A stretch of DNA of 50,058 nucleotides from a bacterium (GCA_030649305.1 JAUSFV010000010.1:1-50058); one strand, 5' to 3'. Shown: positions 28,518-38,022, numbered from the stretch's first letter. The notes: generated by a model from the letters alone, not told the origin. Numbers and translations are program-made.

Positions 28518-28758
28518 AATTTGAAGCGCCCGCGCGAACAAATTTTAGCAACAAAACCTTTACCCCCACACTCAAAATGGTATAGCATTTACGCCCAACA
28601 AAGACAGAGAAAATCTCGGGGGTAAAATAATATACGAATGCCCCCTCGGATTTACAAACAATGCAGGCGTTATACCATTTTGAGTGTCGGGGTGCTCAAT
28701 GTTGCAGCCGCTCGGGCTGCGTTATCCGTAACTTGCCCTCGCGGGCAACAGTGGCATG
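28515..28758 (+). mobile_element. nested stop-to-start intergenic element, copy B, with 132-bp TIR cargo at 28562-28693
   Basis: TAA...AAACCTTT[ACCCCCACACTCAAAATGGTATA...TATACCATTTTGAGTGTCGGGGT]GCTCAATGTTGC...GCAACAGTGGC-ATG. Reverse-complement architecture of 45782-46096. Confidence 0.75.
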
Positions 28759-29313
28759 ATCAAATTAGAACCCGGCGAAAAACAAATCCTTATGATCCGG
28801 CGGCACTGGTTTGTGCTCGCGAAACCACTCGCTTTTTTCTTTGCGGCCCTCGTATTCCCCACAATTTTTTTGAAGTTTGCCCCCTCGCTTTTTCCCGCGC
28901 TTGCGGCACCCGACTACGAACCCATGCTCAATTTTTTTCTCACCCTCTACTTCATGGGTTTGTTTCTTTTTCTTTTTATTTTTTGGGTCAATTACTATCT
29001 GGATGTCTGGATTGTCACCACACACCGCCTCATTGATATAGAACAAAAAAGTTTGTTCTCGCGCGAAATTGCCGAGATGCGGCTCTCGCGCATAGAAAAC
29101 GTTACCGTGGAAGTCAGCGGCTTCATTCAAACGATGCTTGGTTTCGGAGACATTAAGGTTGAAACCGCGGGCGTGTCGCGCTTCATCATCAAAGACGCGC
29201 CCCGCTACTACGAAGTAAAAAACGCGCTACTCCGCCATCAGCACGCAACTGATCGCGCGCGCCAAGGACAACAAAACGGCACTACCGCTGAGCCGACAAA
29301 GAAAACGCCCTAA
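28756..29313 (+). CDS. membrane-anchored bacterial PH domain protein (bPH_2-like)
   Basis: RRHW, two TM helices, WIVTTHRLIDIEQ, RIENVTV, GFGDIKVETAG. Confidence 0.8.
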   Translation: MIKLEPGEKQILMIRRHWFVLAKPLAFFFAALVFPTIFLKFAPSLFPALAAPDYEPMLNFFLTLYFMGLFLFLFIFWVNYYLDVWIVTTHRLIDIEQKSLFSREIAEMRLSRIENVTVEVSGFIQTMLGFGDIKVETAGVSRFIIKDAPRYYEVKNALLRHQHATDRARQGQQNGTTAEPTKKTP

Positions 29314-29325
29314 CAGGCGTTTTTT
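29302..29325 (+). terminator. intrinsic terminator
   Basis: AAAACGCC-CTAACA-GGCGTTTTTT. Confidence 0.65.
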
Positions 29326-29374
29326 GGTTGCAAAATGTCCTACCTCCGCTATACTTAAAAAATCCAAAGTTGCA

Positions 29375-29434
29375 TAGTAGGTAGTGAGTAGTTAGTAGCA
29401 CTTGCTGCCGACTATTTACTACCAACTACTTACT
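29375..29434. repeat. TAGTNAG/CTNACTA heptamer hairpin before yebC
   Basis: TAGTAGG TAGTGAG TAGTTAG TAG ... ACTATTT ACTACCA ACTACTT ACT, ending 4 nt before the ATG. Confidence 0.75.
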
Positions 29435-29438
29435 CGCC

Positions 29439-30155
29439 ATGTCCGGTCACAGCAAGTGGGCGCAAATCAAACACAAAAAGGCTGCGTCGGATGCTAAAAA
29501 AGGAAATCTTTTTTCAAAGCTTTCGCGCATGATTACCGTTACCGCAAAAGGGGGTTCTGACCCCGCAACGAACGCGTCTTTGCGCGTGGCGATTGAGAAG
29601 GCTAGGGGATTTTCGCTTCCCCAGCACAATATTGAGCGCGCCATACAAAAAGCAGAGGAAAAAAAATCGGGCGAGGGGTTAGAAGAAGTACTCTATGAGG
29701 CATACGGCCCAGGCGGAAGCGCCTTACTTATAGAAGGCATCACGGATAATAAAAACAGGACTACCGCAGAAATCAAACACCTCCTCTCGGAATACGACGG
29801 GAAACTCGCAGAAAAAGGAACGGTTCTCTGGCTTTTTGAACGGGTCGCGGTACTTGAAATTGCACGGGATACCAAAAAAAGCGCGGAAGATATTGAACTT
29901 GCTCTCATCGACGCGGGGGTAAACGATACCGCCACGGAAGAAGAAATTGTTTACGGATTTTTCGCCCCGGATACTTTAGAAAACACAAAAGAAAAATTAG
30001 GCGCCTCCGGCTTCCCCATAAAAGACGCGTATTGTGCGTGGCGCGAAAAAAATCAGATGTCGCTCGCAGAAAACCAAAAAGAAAAATTCATAAAACTTAT
30101 GGAGGCGCTTGACGCGCATGATGATGTGCAGGAAGTATATACCAATATAAACTAA
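29439..30155 (+). CDS. yebC: YebC/PmpR family protein
   Basis: MSGHSKWAQIKHKK, YEAYGPGG, TDNKNRT, DDVQEVY. Confidence 0.95.
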   Translation: MSGHSKWAQIKHKKAASDAKKGNLFSKLSRMITVTAKGGSDPATNASLRVAIEKARGFSLPQHNIERAIQKAEEKKSGEGLEEVLYEAYGPGGSALLIEGITDNKNRTTAEIKHLLSEYDGKLAEKGTVLWLFERVAVLEIARDTKKSAEDIELALIDAGVNDTATEEEIVYGFFAPDTLENTKEKLGASGFPIKDAYCAWREKNQMSLAENQKEKFIKLMEALDAHDDVQEVYTNIN

Positions 30156-30233
30156 CAACCTACCACCAACAACCAACAACAAACGACGGTGCGCCGCGAC
30201 GTGTTGTTGGTTGTAAGTTGTCAGTTGTGCGTT
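30150..30233 (+). mobile_element. gene-less copy of the four-helix-bundle heptamer cassette
   Basis: 5' arm 32/34 and 3' arm 30/37 identical to the arms flanking 46796-47155. Fills the space from the yebC stop to the ruvC ATG. Confidence 0.8.
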
Positions 30234-30722
30234 ATGATAATTTTGGGCATTGACCCCGGCACCGTAATTATCGGCTACGCATTTTTGGAAAAACGCGGCG
30301 CTGATTTGACGCTTCTGAAAGCCGACGCTATTCGCATACTATCGGGAGGCGACAAAGCGGAGCGGCTTGCGACGCTTCATAAAAAACTAACTGCCCTCAT
30401 TAAAAAATGCCGCCCCAACATGATTTCAGTGGAAAAACTCTTCTTTTCCAAAAACCAAAAAACCGCCCTTGATGTGGCTGAAGCGAGGGGTGTTATTCTA
30501 TCCACAGCCGCCCTTGCAAAGATTCCCGTATCTGAATATACTCCCCTAGAGGTGAAGGTGGCCTCAACGGGCTACGGGAAAGCCGACAAGCGGCAGGTCC
30601 GAGAAATGGTTCGGGCGATCCTGAAACTCAACGAGGTTACGCACCTTGATGATGTGACTGACGCGATGGCTATTGCCATTACGGGAGCACATCTTAATAA
30701 AAACAGGGAGATACATAACTAA
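30234..30722 (+). CDS. ruvC: crossover junction endodeoxyribonuclease RuvC
   Basis: MIILGIDPG, VEKLFF, EARGV, GYGKADK, DDVTDA. Start at ATG 30234. Confidence 0.95.
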   Translation: MIILGIDPGTVIIGYAFLEKRGADLTLLKADAIRILSGGDKAERLATLHKKLTALIKKCRPNMISVEKLFFSKNQKTALDVAEARGVILSTAALAKIPVSEYTPLEVKVASTGYGKADKRQVREMVRAILKLNEVTHLDDVTDAMAIAITGAHLNKNREIHN

Positions 30723-30738
30723 AAAGGTCGGTATAATT

Positions 30739-30828
30739 TAGAAGCAAAATTAGACACAAGCGGGAACGCGAAATCAGACGCAATTGCGTTAGCGGTTGCG
30801 TATTAATTTGCGTTTATCATTGCTTCTA
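30739..30828. repeat. ACGC/TTGCGT repeat hairpin
   Basis: Closed by TAGAAGCAA / TTGCTTCTA, with three TTGCGT units. Confidence 0.6.
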
Positions 30829-30834
30829 TAAAGA

Positions 30835-30990
30835 ATGGAACTCTACACGAAACATTGGGTTGCGAATGACGATGACGCGGGAGACGAAAAAGAAGACGAG
30901 GAAGAGCTTGCCGATGCCGAAGACGAGGAAGAAGAAAATGACGGATTAGAAGAAGAGGAAGAGGGTGCAGAAGAAAACAGCAATTATTAA
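30835..30990 (+). CDS. 51-aa hyperacidic peptide (absent from the ORF track)
   Basis: MELYTKHWVANDDDAGDEKEDEEELADAEDEEEENDGLEEEEEGAEENSNY, 26/51 D+E, followed directly by a terminator. Confidence 0.6.
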   Translation: MELYTKHWVANDDDAGDEKEDEEELADAEDEEEENDGLEEEEEGAEENSNY

Positions 30991-30997
30991 TACGAAT

Positions 30998-31036
30998 AAA
31001 AATCAACCCCGACAAAACGTCGGGGTTGATTTTTTT
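30998..31036. terminator. bidirectional intrinsic terminator
   Basis: AAAATCAACCCCGAC-AAAAC-GTCGGGGTTGATTTT. Confidence 0.8.
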
Positions 31037-31045
31037 ATACATGAA

Positions 31046-32218
31046 TTACGCAACCCGAAATATTTTCCGTTTCCCGACTTTTATAATATCGCCGGAAGCT
31101 ATTGCTATCTCCGCGTATGCGTCTTTCAACACTTGTTGGTTAATTTCAACGGCTCCCGGTATGATGAGGCGCCTTGCTTCACTCTTAGATAACGCAAACC
31201 CAACCTCAAGAAGAAGCTCGGGGAGTGTATATGTTTTTTTCTTTAAACGGCGCGAAGGAATATTTGAAAGATCTTTTTTAGAAAAAAGCTTTACAAAATT
31301 TTCGCAGGCTCGGCGCGCTTTTTCTTTTCCGTGATACAGGCCCGCAACGCGCTCTGCCAATTCAAGCTTCAAATCCCGTGGATTCTTACTGTCCTTGGGG
31401 TCCCACCGAGGAAGTTCATCAACGGGGACAAAAGCGGCAAGCTCTGCGTAATGGAATATAAGAGAATCAGGAATAGACATAATTTTTCCGACCATCTCGT
31501 CAGCGCTGTCGGTAAGAGCAATATAATTCCCGAGTGACTTTGACATTTTGTGCTTCCCGTCAAGTCCGATAAGGAGCGGGAGGAGCACCAAATCCTGCTC
31601 CGGATACCCTATCTTTTTTTGCAATTCGCGCCCCGCAAGCAAGTTTAATTTCTGATCCATGCCGCCAAGCTCAACATCGGCGCGCACCGCAACCGAATCG
31701 TATGCCTGCATGATCTGATACAGGGTTTCATGATGTGCCACCTCTTCTCCTTGTTCCAGGCGCCGCTTAAAATCCTCGCGGTCCAAAATGCGGTTCGTGG
31801 AAAAATTTCCGACAACACGAAGAAACTCGGCAAGTTTCATTTTGGAAAACCATTCGCTGTTGTAATGAATTTCCGCCTTTTTCAAATCAATAATCCGGCC
31901 TACTTGTTCAAAGTAGGTTTTGGCGTTTTTTTTGATTTCTGCATCCAAAAGAGGCGGACGCGCTTTTGTTTTGCCGGAGGGGTCACCGATTGCCGCGGTG
32001 TAGTCGCCGATAATAAAAACCGCCGTATGCCCTGCGTCCTGAAATTCACAAAGTTTTCTCAGGACAAGCGCGTGCCCCAAATGCAAATCGGGCGCCGTCG
32101 GATCCGCCCCTAATTTCACCCGAAGTTTTCGACCCGAGGAAAATTTCTTTTCAAGCGAAACCTGATCAATAATTTCTTCGGCAAGCGAAAAAATATCGCC
32201 GTAAAGATTCTTTTTCAC
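31046..32218 (-). CDS. tyrS: tyrosine--tRNA ligase
   Basis: GADPTAPDLHLGH (HIGH), YQIMQAYD, KMSKS, C-terminal S4 domain. The G of its GTG start belongs to the MITE. Confidence 0.96.
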   Translation of the reverse strand: MKKNLYGDIFSLAEEIIDQVSLEKKFSSGRKLRVKLGADPTAPDLHLGHALVLRKLCEFQDAGHTAVFIIGDYTAAIGDPSGKTKARPPLLDAEIKKNAKTYFEQVGRIIDLKKAEIHYNSEWFSKMKLAEFLRVVGNFSTNRILDREDFKRRLEQGEEVAHHETLYQIMQAYDSVAVRADVELGGMDQKLNLLAGRELQKKIGYPEQDLVLLPLLIGLDGKHKMSKSLGNYIALTDSADEMVGKIMSIPDSLIFHYAELAAFVPVDELPRWDPKDSKNPRDLKLELAERVAGLYHGKEKARRACENFVKLFSKKDLSNIPSRRLKKKTYTLPELLLEVGFALSKSEARRLIIPGAVEINQQVLKDAYAEIAIASGDIIKVGKRKIFRVA

Positions 32219-32343
32219 CCCGTTAGAAGTCTGCCGTTATATGGCCAACAACCAATTTCAGACAGACACGACAATAGATATAACCCCGCTTGTTTGATGT
32301 GGAAAAAATTACTAATTTTTTCCACCAAAGACTTCTAACGGGG
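32218..32343. mobile_element. MITE-like element, CCCCGTTAGA family, copy 3 (126 bp), in the tyrS start codon
   Basis: TIRs CCCCGTTAGAAGTCT / AGACTTCTAACGGGG. TTCA at 32214-32217 and 32344-32347. Extra internal hairpin TGGAAAAAATT-ACT-AATTTTTTCCA. Confidence 0.88.
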
Positions 32344-32402
32344 TTCATACTTCTTCATCATACGGCATTTCGGGTGAATTTGCAAAACATAGAAAATATG
32401 CT

Positions 32403-34901
32403 ATGTTTGTATTACGCATGAGACCAAAAAAGAAAAAACGAACAATCACAAAAAAACTCGTCATCTTTGTTGGCGGGCTTTTTTTGGTTTGCCTTACGTT
32501 CCTGGCCGCCGCGACCGCCTTTTTTTTGAAAGACCTTCCGCGGCCGGAAACAATTACCAAGCGCGCGCTCACCGAATCAACGAAAATATACGACCGGACC
32601 GGAAAAATTCTCCTCTACGAAGTATATAAAGAAGAAAAGAGAACCCAGATAGCGCTTGATATGATTCCGCTTCCAGCCCAGCAGGCGCTCATTGCCATTG
32701 AGGATGCGAATTTCTACAACCATTTCGGCCTTGATTGGCGGGGGGTTGCCCGCGCGGTTATTGAAAACTTCACCCCCTTCGGGCCCGGATTTTTCCGGGG
32801 TAGCGGCGGCTCTACCATCACCCAGCAACTTGTCAAAAATTCGCTCGTCGGCACGAAGCGGACGTACGCCAGAAAACTGAAGGAGGCAATTCTTGCTATT
32901 CTTCTTGAGCGCCAATATTCAAAAAGCCAAATTCTTGAGTGGTACCTGAATCAAATTCCGTTTGGTTCAAACGCCTACGGCATTGAATCTGCCGCCCAAA
33001 CATTTTTCGGAAAAAACGCGGAGTCGCTCACGATAAGCGAATCTGCCCTCCTTGCAGCCCTTCCGAAGGCTCCCACCTACTATTCCCCCTACGGCCAGCA
33101 CAAAGACGAATTATTAAACCGAAAAAATCTTATTCTGAATCGGATGCAAGAACTCGGATTTCTCTCGCCCGATGAGATAGCGAATACGAAAAAAGAAGTG
33201 CCGGTGTTTCTCCCCCCGCGAAAAGATATTATCGCCCCGCACTTCGTCATGATGGTGCGTGAGGAATTAGCACGGCGCTTCGGAGAAGAAGAGGTGGAGC
33301 GCGGAGGATTAAACGTCACAACGACGCTTGATGTAACGCTGCAAACGGAAGCTGAAAAAATCATCGGGGAAGGAGCAGAGTACAACACCAAAACATTCAA
33401 CGCGACGAACGCGGGGCTTATCGCGATTGACCCCGTCAATGGAAATATTTTAGCGCTCGTCGGCTCAAAAAACTATTTTGACGTGGCGGCCGAAGGAAAT
33501 TTTAACGTCACGACCGCCTTTCGCCAGCCGGGTTCAGCATTCAAACCATTTGTCTATGCAACCGCCTTCAAAAAGGGCTATACGCCCGATACGGTCGTCT
33601 TTGATACCGAAACGGAGTTTAACCCCCTTTGCAATCCGGACGGCACGCCAGGGCCCCTCATACAAGACCCGAAAGATTGCTACAAGCCCCAAAACTACGA
33701 TGGATCTTTCCGCGGACCGGTAACGCTCCGGAGAGCCCTTGCGCAGTCGCTGAATGTCCCCGCCGTAAAAGTTCTCTACCTTGCCGGGGTTCAGGATTCA
33801 GTCGCAACTGCGCGAGATTTGGGAATTACAACACTCGGGGACGGCTCGCGCTTCGGCCTCTCGCTGGTGCTTGGGGGAGCAGAAGTAAAACTCCTTGAAA
33901 TGACAAGTGCTTTTGGCGTGTTCGCGCGCGAGGGTGTGCGTGTAGCTCCAACTCCGATACTTCGCATTGAACACCAAGGCAGGCCTTTGTGGGAATTCCA
34001 TCCGGAGCCGCGCCCCGTTCTTGATACAAATATCGCGCGTCTTATCAACGATGTGCTCTCGGACAATGCGGCGCGTATTGGCGTGTTTCATCCCAATTCA
34101 TCGCTCGCATTTCAAAACCGGGACGTTGCCGCAAAAACAGGAACTACACAGGAATTCCGCGACGCATGGACCGTGGGGTATGTCCCGTCGCTTGCGGTGG
34201 GCGTATGGGTCGGGAATAATGACAACACACCGATTCAAGAAAAGGGTGGCGGCATTACCACGGCAGCCCCTCTGTGGCGCCGCTTTATGGATGTTGCCCT
34301 CGCGAGTGTGCCGCCCGAAGCATTTACGGCTCCCGAAATTCCCCATCCCGAAAAAGCAATTCTGCGCGGGGTGTGGCGCGGAGAAGAAATTGTGAAACTT
34401 GACCGGGTATCAGGAAAGCGCGCAACTGATGCAACGCCGCCAGATTTCATCGAGGAACACGCCTACGGCGAACCGCACACGATTCTTTGGTGGTTGAATC
34501 CAAAAGACCCGGCAGGCCCCAAACCAGAATACCCCGAGGAGGACCCGCAATATAAAAACTGGAACGCCTCATTTAGAAAATGGCTTTTGCAAAGCGGATT
34601 TGTACCAATTCCCGTAACCGCAATTCCCGAGGCGTATGATGACGCACACACCGCAGAAAAAAGTCCGAAAATAGAAGTCGTTTCGTTCACCGAAGAAAAA
34701 ATAATTACCAGAATCTCAGGATTTTTTCCCTTAAAAGAGGTTATATTTTTTATAGATGACGCACCGTATAAAACGATCGTCTCGCCCGCGGAAGGACAAA
34801 TAGAGTTTTTGTTCCCCGCGCTTATCAAAGAAGAGCACACGTTTCGCATCAAAACATACGACGCGGTGGGCAATAGCGGCGAGTGGGAGAGTGGATTGTA
34901 A
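32403..34901 (+). CDS. class A penicillin-binding protein (PBP1A family)
   Basis: TM anchor, transglycosylase (EDANF, GGSTITQQL, RKLKE), transpeptidase SAFK, SLN, KTG. Start may be ATG 32418. Confidence 0.93.
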   Translation: MFVLRMRPKKKKRTITKKLVIFVGGLFLVCLTFLAAATAFFLKDLPRPETITKRALTESTKIYDRTGKILLYEVYKEEKRTQIALDMIPLPAQQALIAIEDANFYNHFGLDWRGVARAVIENFTPFGPGFFRGSGGSTITQQLVKNSLVGTKRTYARKLKEAILAILLERQYSKSQILEWYLNQIPFGSNAYGIESAAQTFFGKNAESLTISESALLAALPKAPTYYSPYGQHKDELLNRKNLILNRMQELGFLSPDEIANTKKEVPVFLPPRKDIIAPHFVMMVREELARRFGEEEVERGGLNVTTTLDVTLQTEAEKIIGEGAEYNTKTFNATNAGLIAIDPVNGNILALVGSKNYFDVAAEGNFNVTTAFRQPGSAFKPFVYATAFKKGYTPDTVVFDTETEFNPLCNPDGTPGPLIQDPKDCYKPQNYDGSFRGPVTLRRALAQSLNVPAVKVLYLAGVQDSVATARDLGITTLGDGSRFGLSLVLGGAEVKLLEMTSAFGVFAREGVRVAPTPILRIEHQGRPLWEFHPEPRPVLDTNIARLINDVLSDNAARIGVFHPNSSLAFQNRDVAAKTGTTQEFRDAWTVGYVPSLAVGVWVGNNDNTPIQEKGGGITTAAPLWRRFMDVALASVPPEAFTAPEIPHPEKAILRGVWRGEEIVKLDRVSGKRATDATPPDFIEEHAYGEPHTILWWLNPKDPAGPKPEYPEEDPQYKNWNASFRKWLLQSGFVPIPVTAIPEAYDDAHTAEKSPKIEVVSFTEEKIITRISGFFPLKEVIFFIDDAPYKTIVSPAEGQIEFLFPALIKEEHTFRIKTYDAVGNSGEWESGL

Positions 34902-34935
34902 AAAACAGCCCCGACGTTACGTTGGGGCTGTTTTT
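34901..34935. terminator. bidirectional intrinsic terminator
   Basis: AAAAACAGCCCCGACG-TTA-CGTTGGGGCTGTTTTT. Confidence 0.8.
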
Positions 34936-34949
34936 GTGTTCTGTATATA

Positions 34950-36062
34950 TCAATACGCCGGCGTATTCCGGATCGGCATGACGATATACAAAAACGAATC
35001 GTCTTCAGGATTTTTTAAAAGGAGCGGGGAGTTTTCGTCGTTCATCCCAATAAAAATATTGTCCCCGCCGCAGGACGCAATGCCGTCTGAAAAATATCGC
35101 GCATTTAGTGTTGCGGTTGCCTCCTTTCCTTTTACGGGCGTTGAAAAAGAGGAGCTTGTCGTACCAAGTTCCGGATTTACGCTCAGTACCGATATTTCGT
35201 TTTTTCCGGTTTTTAAAACAACGTCATTCAATTTTCCGGTAAGAACATTCGCCATCCGTACCCTCCGGAGAATCGCGTCTCGGGGAATAGAAAACGTAAT
35301 ACCAAAATTGTTCGGAATAATTGCCTTGTATTCGGGAAAGTTCCCGTCAATCACGCGCGATACCATGCGAGATGCGTTCCAGGAAATCATCAATTGGTTG
35401 TCGCCAACTCCGACTTCCACAGAGGCAACTTCTTCTGTGGTACCAAGCGTACGAACAATTTCTTGAGCCATTTTTAAAGGAATAATGCAAGAAAATTTTC
35501 CATTAACCTCTTTTTCAAGAAAAATTTTTTTCTCAGCAAGCCGGAAGGTGTCGGTTGCGGCAAATGTGGCATTTTTTCCCGAGGCGGCCAAATATACCCC
35601 ACCTATTTCCGGTTTAAAATCCGAAAGAGAAACCGCCGGAAGTATTTGTTCCATGGCGCTTACAAAACCCGTTCGCGAAACAAAAAACGAGGTGGTTGTT
35701 TTTATTTTTGGAATGAGCGGAAAATCATCAGAGGGTGTGGTGTTTAGTTTTGTATGTGATGTTTCTGTTTCAATAAAAATTATTCCTTGCTTTAATTCAA
35801 GTGTTACGGATTCCTCTTGAATATGTTGTAAGATACCAAAAAGGAGTTTGGGAGAAACCGCGAAAATACCTTCGCGATCCGTTTTACACGAAAAAGATGC
35901 CTCAATACCAATTTCAAGATTTGTTGCTTTTATGGTGCATGTGTTTCCTTTTGTCTCCAGAAGTATTGATTGAAGTGTCGGAAGGGTAATTTGTTTTCCT
36001 GTAAATCGTTCTGCGTTTGAGATGGCGACTACTATGTTTTTTTTGGTAGTAGTTAACTTCAT
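34950..36062 (-). CDS. dnaN: DNA polymerase III beta clamp
   Basis: ATNLEI, DDFP, ATDTFRLA, IDGNFPEY, YIVMPIR. Downstream of dnaA. Confidence 0.96.
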   Translation of the reverse strand: MKLTTTKKNIVVAISNAERFTGKQITLPTLQSILLETKGNTCTIKATNLEIGIEASFSCKTDREGIFAVSPKLLFGILQHIQEESVTLELKQGIIFIETETSHTKLNTTPSDDFPLIPKIKTTTSFFVSRTGFVSAMEQILPAVSLSDFKPEIGGVYLAASGKNATFAATDTFRLAEKKIFLEKEVNGKFSCIIPLKMAQEIVRTLGTTEEVASVEVGVGDNQLMISWNASRMVSRVIDGNFPEYKAIIPNNFGITFSIPRDAILRRVRMANVLTGKLNDVVLKTGKNEISVLSVNPELGTTSSSFSTPVKGKEATATLNARYFSDGIASCGGDNIFIGMNDENSPLLLKNPEDDSFLYIVMPIRNTPAY

Positions 36063-36294
36063 ATATATATTTATATTATTTTATTATTATTATAGAGGAA
36101 TACTTTGGGGAAACGTAAAATAGGTATGTAGAAACGGAACAAAACACGCATTTAATTTTTTTATGTATGTGTGTGGTGCGGGGATATGTTTTGTAAGAAA
36201 TTTTTTTATTTACTTTCTTAACTCCCCCACCAATTATTATCACTAGTATATTCTCCTTTCTGTACATTCCCTCATACACATATATATGAACAGC
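36063..36294. other. candidate oriC segment (AT-rich dnaA-dnaN spacer)
   Basis: Very AT-rich DUE-like tract next to dnaN. Only degenerate DnaA-box-like 9-mers (e.g. TCATACACA). The + strand appears by eye to shift from A/C-rich to G/T-rich around here. Confidence 0.5.
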
Positions 36295-37677
36295 TTATGA
36301 AGTGAATATTCGTTCGCGTATGAGTTTTAACTCCTCCTCAAGGTCTTGGTTTACTTTTAATTCATTTTTTATTTTTTTATATGCGTGTATTGCTGTGGTG
36401 TGATCTTTTTTCCCGAGCTTTTCTCCGATAAAAGGAAACGAACACTTCAGATCGTCTCGCAGAACATACATGGTAATTTGGCGTGGTCGGACCATCTCTT
36501 TTTTTCTACTGCTGTTTACAAGGTCTTTTTCGCTTATTTCATAAAAATCAGAGATGGTTTTTATGACCTTTTTGGGGGTCGCAAATTTTTTCGGTGCGTA
36601 TATTAGTTGGTTTAATATTTTTTTTGTTTCGTCAACGGTTACGGGGGTATTTGCCATTTTTGACATGAGAACAATCTTATTAAGAACGCCCTCAAGCTCT
36701 CTGATATTATTTTTTATGTTTTGCGCGATGAGAAAAAGAACCTCGTCGTCTATATGAACCTGTTTTTCTTCCAATTTTTTCTTCAAGATAATAAGGCGTG
36801 TTTCAAAATCTGGCTCTCCAAGGTCAGCCATCATGCCGCCCTCAAATCGTGACCGCAGACGGGCCTCAAGCGTGGGAATTGCGGCAGGCGGCCGGTCGGA
36901 AGAAATGACTATTTGTTTATTGCGTTCATAGAGCGCGTTGAACGTATGAAAAAACTCCTCCTGCATTTTTTCGGTTTTACCAATAAATTGGATATCATCC
37001 ACAATAAGGAGGTCGAAATTTCGGTACCGTTCTTTGAGCTGCTGCATTTCCTGTGTTTTAAGGGCATCTACGATTTCCCCCATGTATTTTTCCGAAGAAA
37101 CATACCTAACTTTTGCGGAGGGCTGTTCTCCGATGAGTGCATTTCCGATTGCCTGTATAAGGTGTGTTTTCCCGAGACCAACGCCACCGTAGATAAAGAG
37201 GGGATTATAAACGCCTCCGGGTTTTTTTACGATGGATTGCGCCGCCGCATGCGCGAACTCGTTGAAAGAACCGACAACGAAATTTTGGAACGTATATCTT
37301 GGATTCAGATTTGTCGTAGGATTTACCAATGCTTCTTTCAGATCAAGTTGGTCAAGGTATTGAGGAAAGGCCTCAAACGTTCTCCGGGGCGCCGATTTTA
37401 TGGAGCGATCGTGGGCGGCGGATTGAGGCGCAACATCTCCTATCGCATACTCGATTTCTCGAATTTCGGGAGCCAAGCTCCGTACGGCTTTTACTACAAA
37501 TTTGTTGTATTTATTCTGGAGCCACTCTTTCGCAAAGCCGTTCGGAACGGACACAACCATTTTGCCGCCATCAAAAGAGGCAATGCGCGTGTCTTTAAAC
37601 CACGTGATAAAATTAGGCCGGCTCACGCTGAGTTCTATGTCCGCAAGCGCGGTTTTCCAAAGTTCGTGTAAATCCAT
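36295..37677 (-). CDS. dnaA: chromosomal replication initiator DnaA
   Basis: YTFQNFV, YNPLFIYGGVGLGKTHL, DDIQF, RELEG, KDHTTAIH. Start at ATG 37677. Confidence 0.97.
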   Translation of the reverse strand: MDLHELWKTALADIELSVSRPNFITWFKDTRIASFDGGKMVVSVPNGFAKEWLQNKYNKFVVKAVRSLAPEIREIEYAIGDVAPQSAAHDRSIKSAPRRTFEAFPQYLDQLDLKEALVNPTTNLNPRYTFQNFVVGSFNEFAHAAAQSIVKKPGGVYNPLFIYGGVGLGKTHLIQAIGNALIGEQPSAKVRYVSSEKYMGEIVDALKTQEMQQLKERYRNFDLLIVDDIQFIGKTEKMQEEFFHTFNALYERNKQIVISSDRPPAAIPTLEARLRSRFEGGMMADLGEPDFETRLIILKKKLEEKQVHIDDEVLFLIAQNIKNNIRELEGVLNKIVLMSKMANTPVTVDETKKILNQLIYAPKKFATPKKVIKTISDFYEISEKDLVNSSRKKEMVRPRQITMYVLRDDLKCSFPFIGEKLGKKDHTTAIHAYKKIKNELKVNQDLEEELKLIRERIFTS

Positions 37678-37717
37678 ATGATAAAAAATTTTTAAACTCT
37701 TCGGCCCGGGGCCGGCC

Positions 37718-37747
37718 CCAGCTCGAGGCGGACCAGCCCTTGGCTGG
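37718..37747. repeat. 30-bp double-hairpin REP-like unit upstream of dnaA
   Basis: CCAGCTCGAGGCGGACCAGCCCTTGGCTGG, related to the unit inside yidD. Confidence 0.6.
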
Positions 37748-37874
37748 CGCAAACCACCCCAGAGGAAATATTATGAGAACCTCTCTATTATGAATCAGGC
37801 GCGCAAGAACCACTAATCAAAAAAATAGAATAAGCTGTTTATAACATGTTGATATGCTTATGTTTGTTTTTCAG

Positions 37875-37981
37875 CCCCGTTAGAAGTTTAGAACTCCTCG
37901 TCTTAAGAACAATAAAGAGGCAGTTCGGTCGTATTGGATAGATTCTGGATACGTTTATCGTGCGTTTGACTTCTAACGGGG
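37875..37981. mobile_element. MITE-like element, CCCCGTTAGA family, copy 4 (107 bp), between dnaA and rpmH
   Basis: TIRs CCCCGTTAGAAGT / ACTTCTAACGGGG. Flanks TCAG / TCAA (imperfect duplication). Interior differs from copies 1-3. Confidence 0.8.
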
Positions 37982-38022
37982 TCAACTTCCCACTTTTTGT
38001 TTTGTATGGTAATCTAAAAGCT

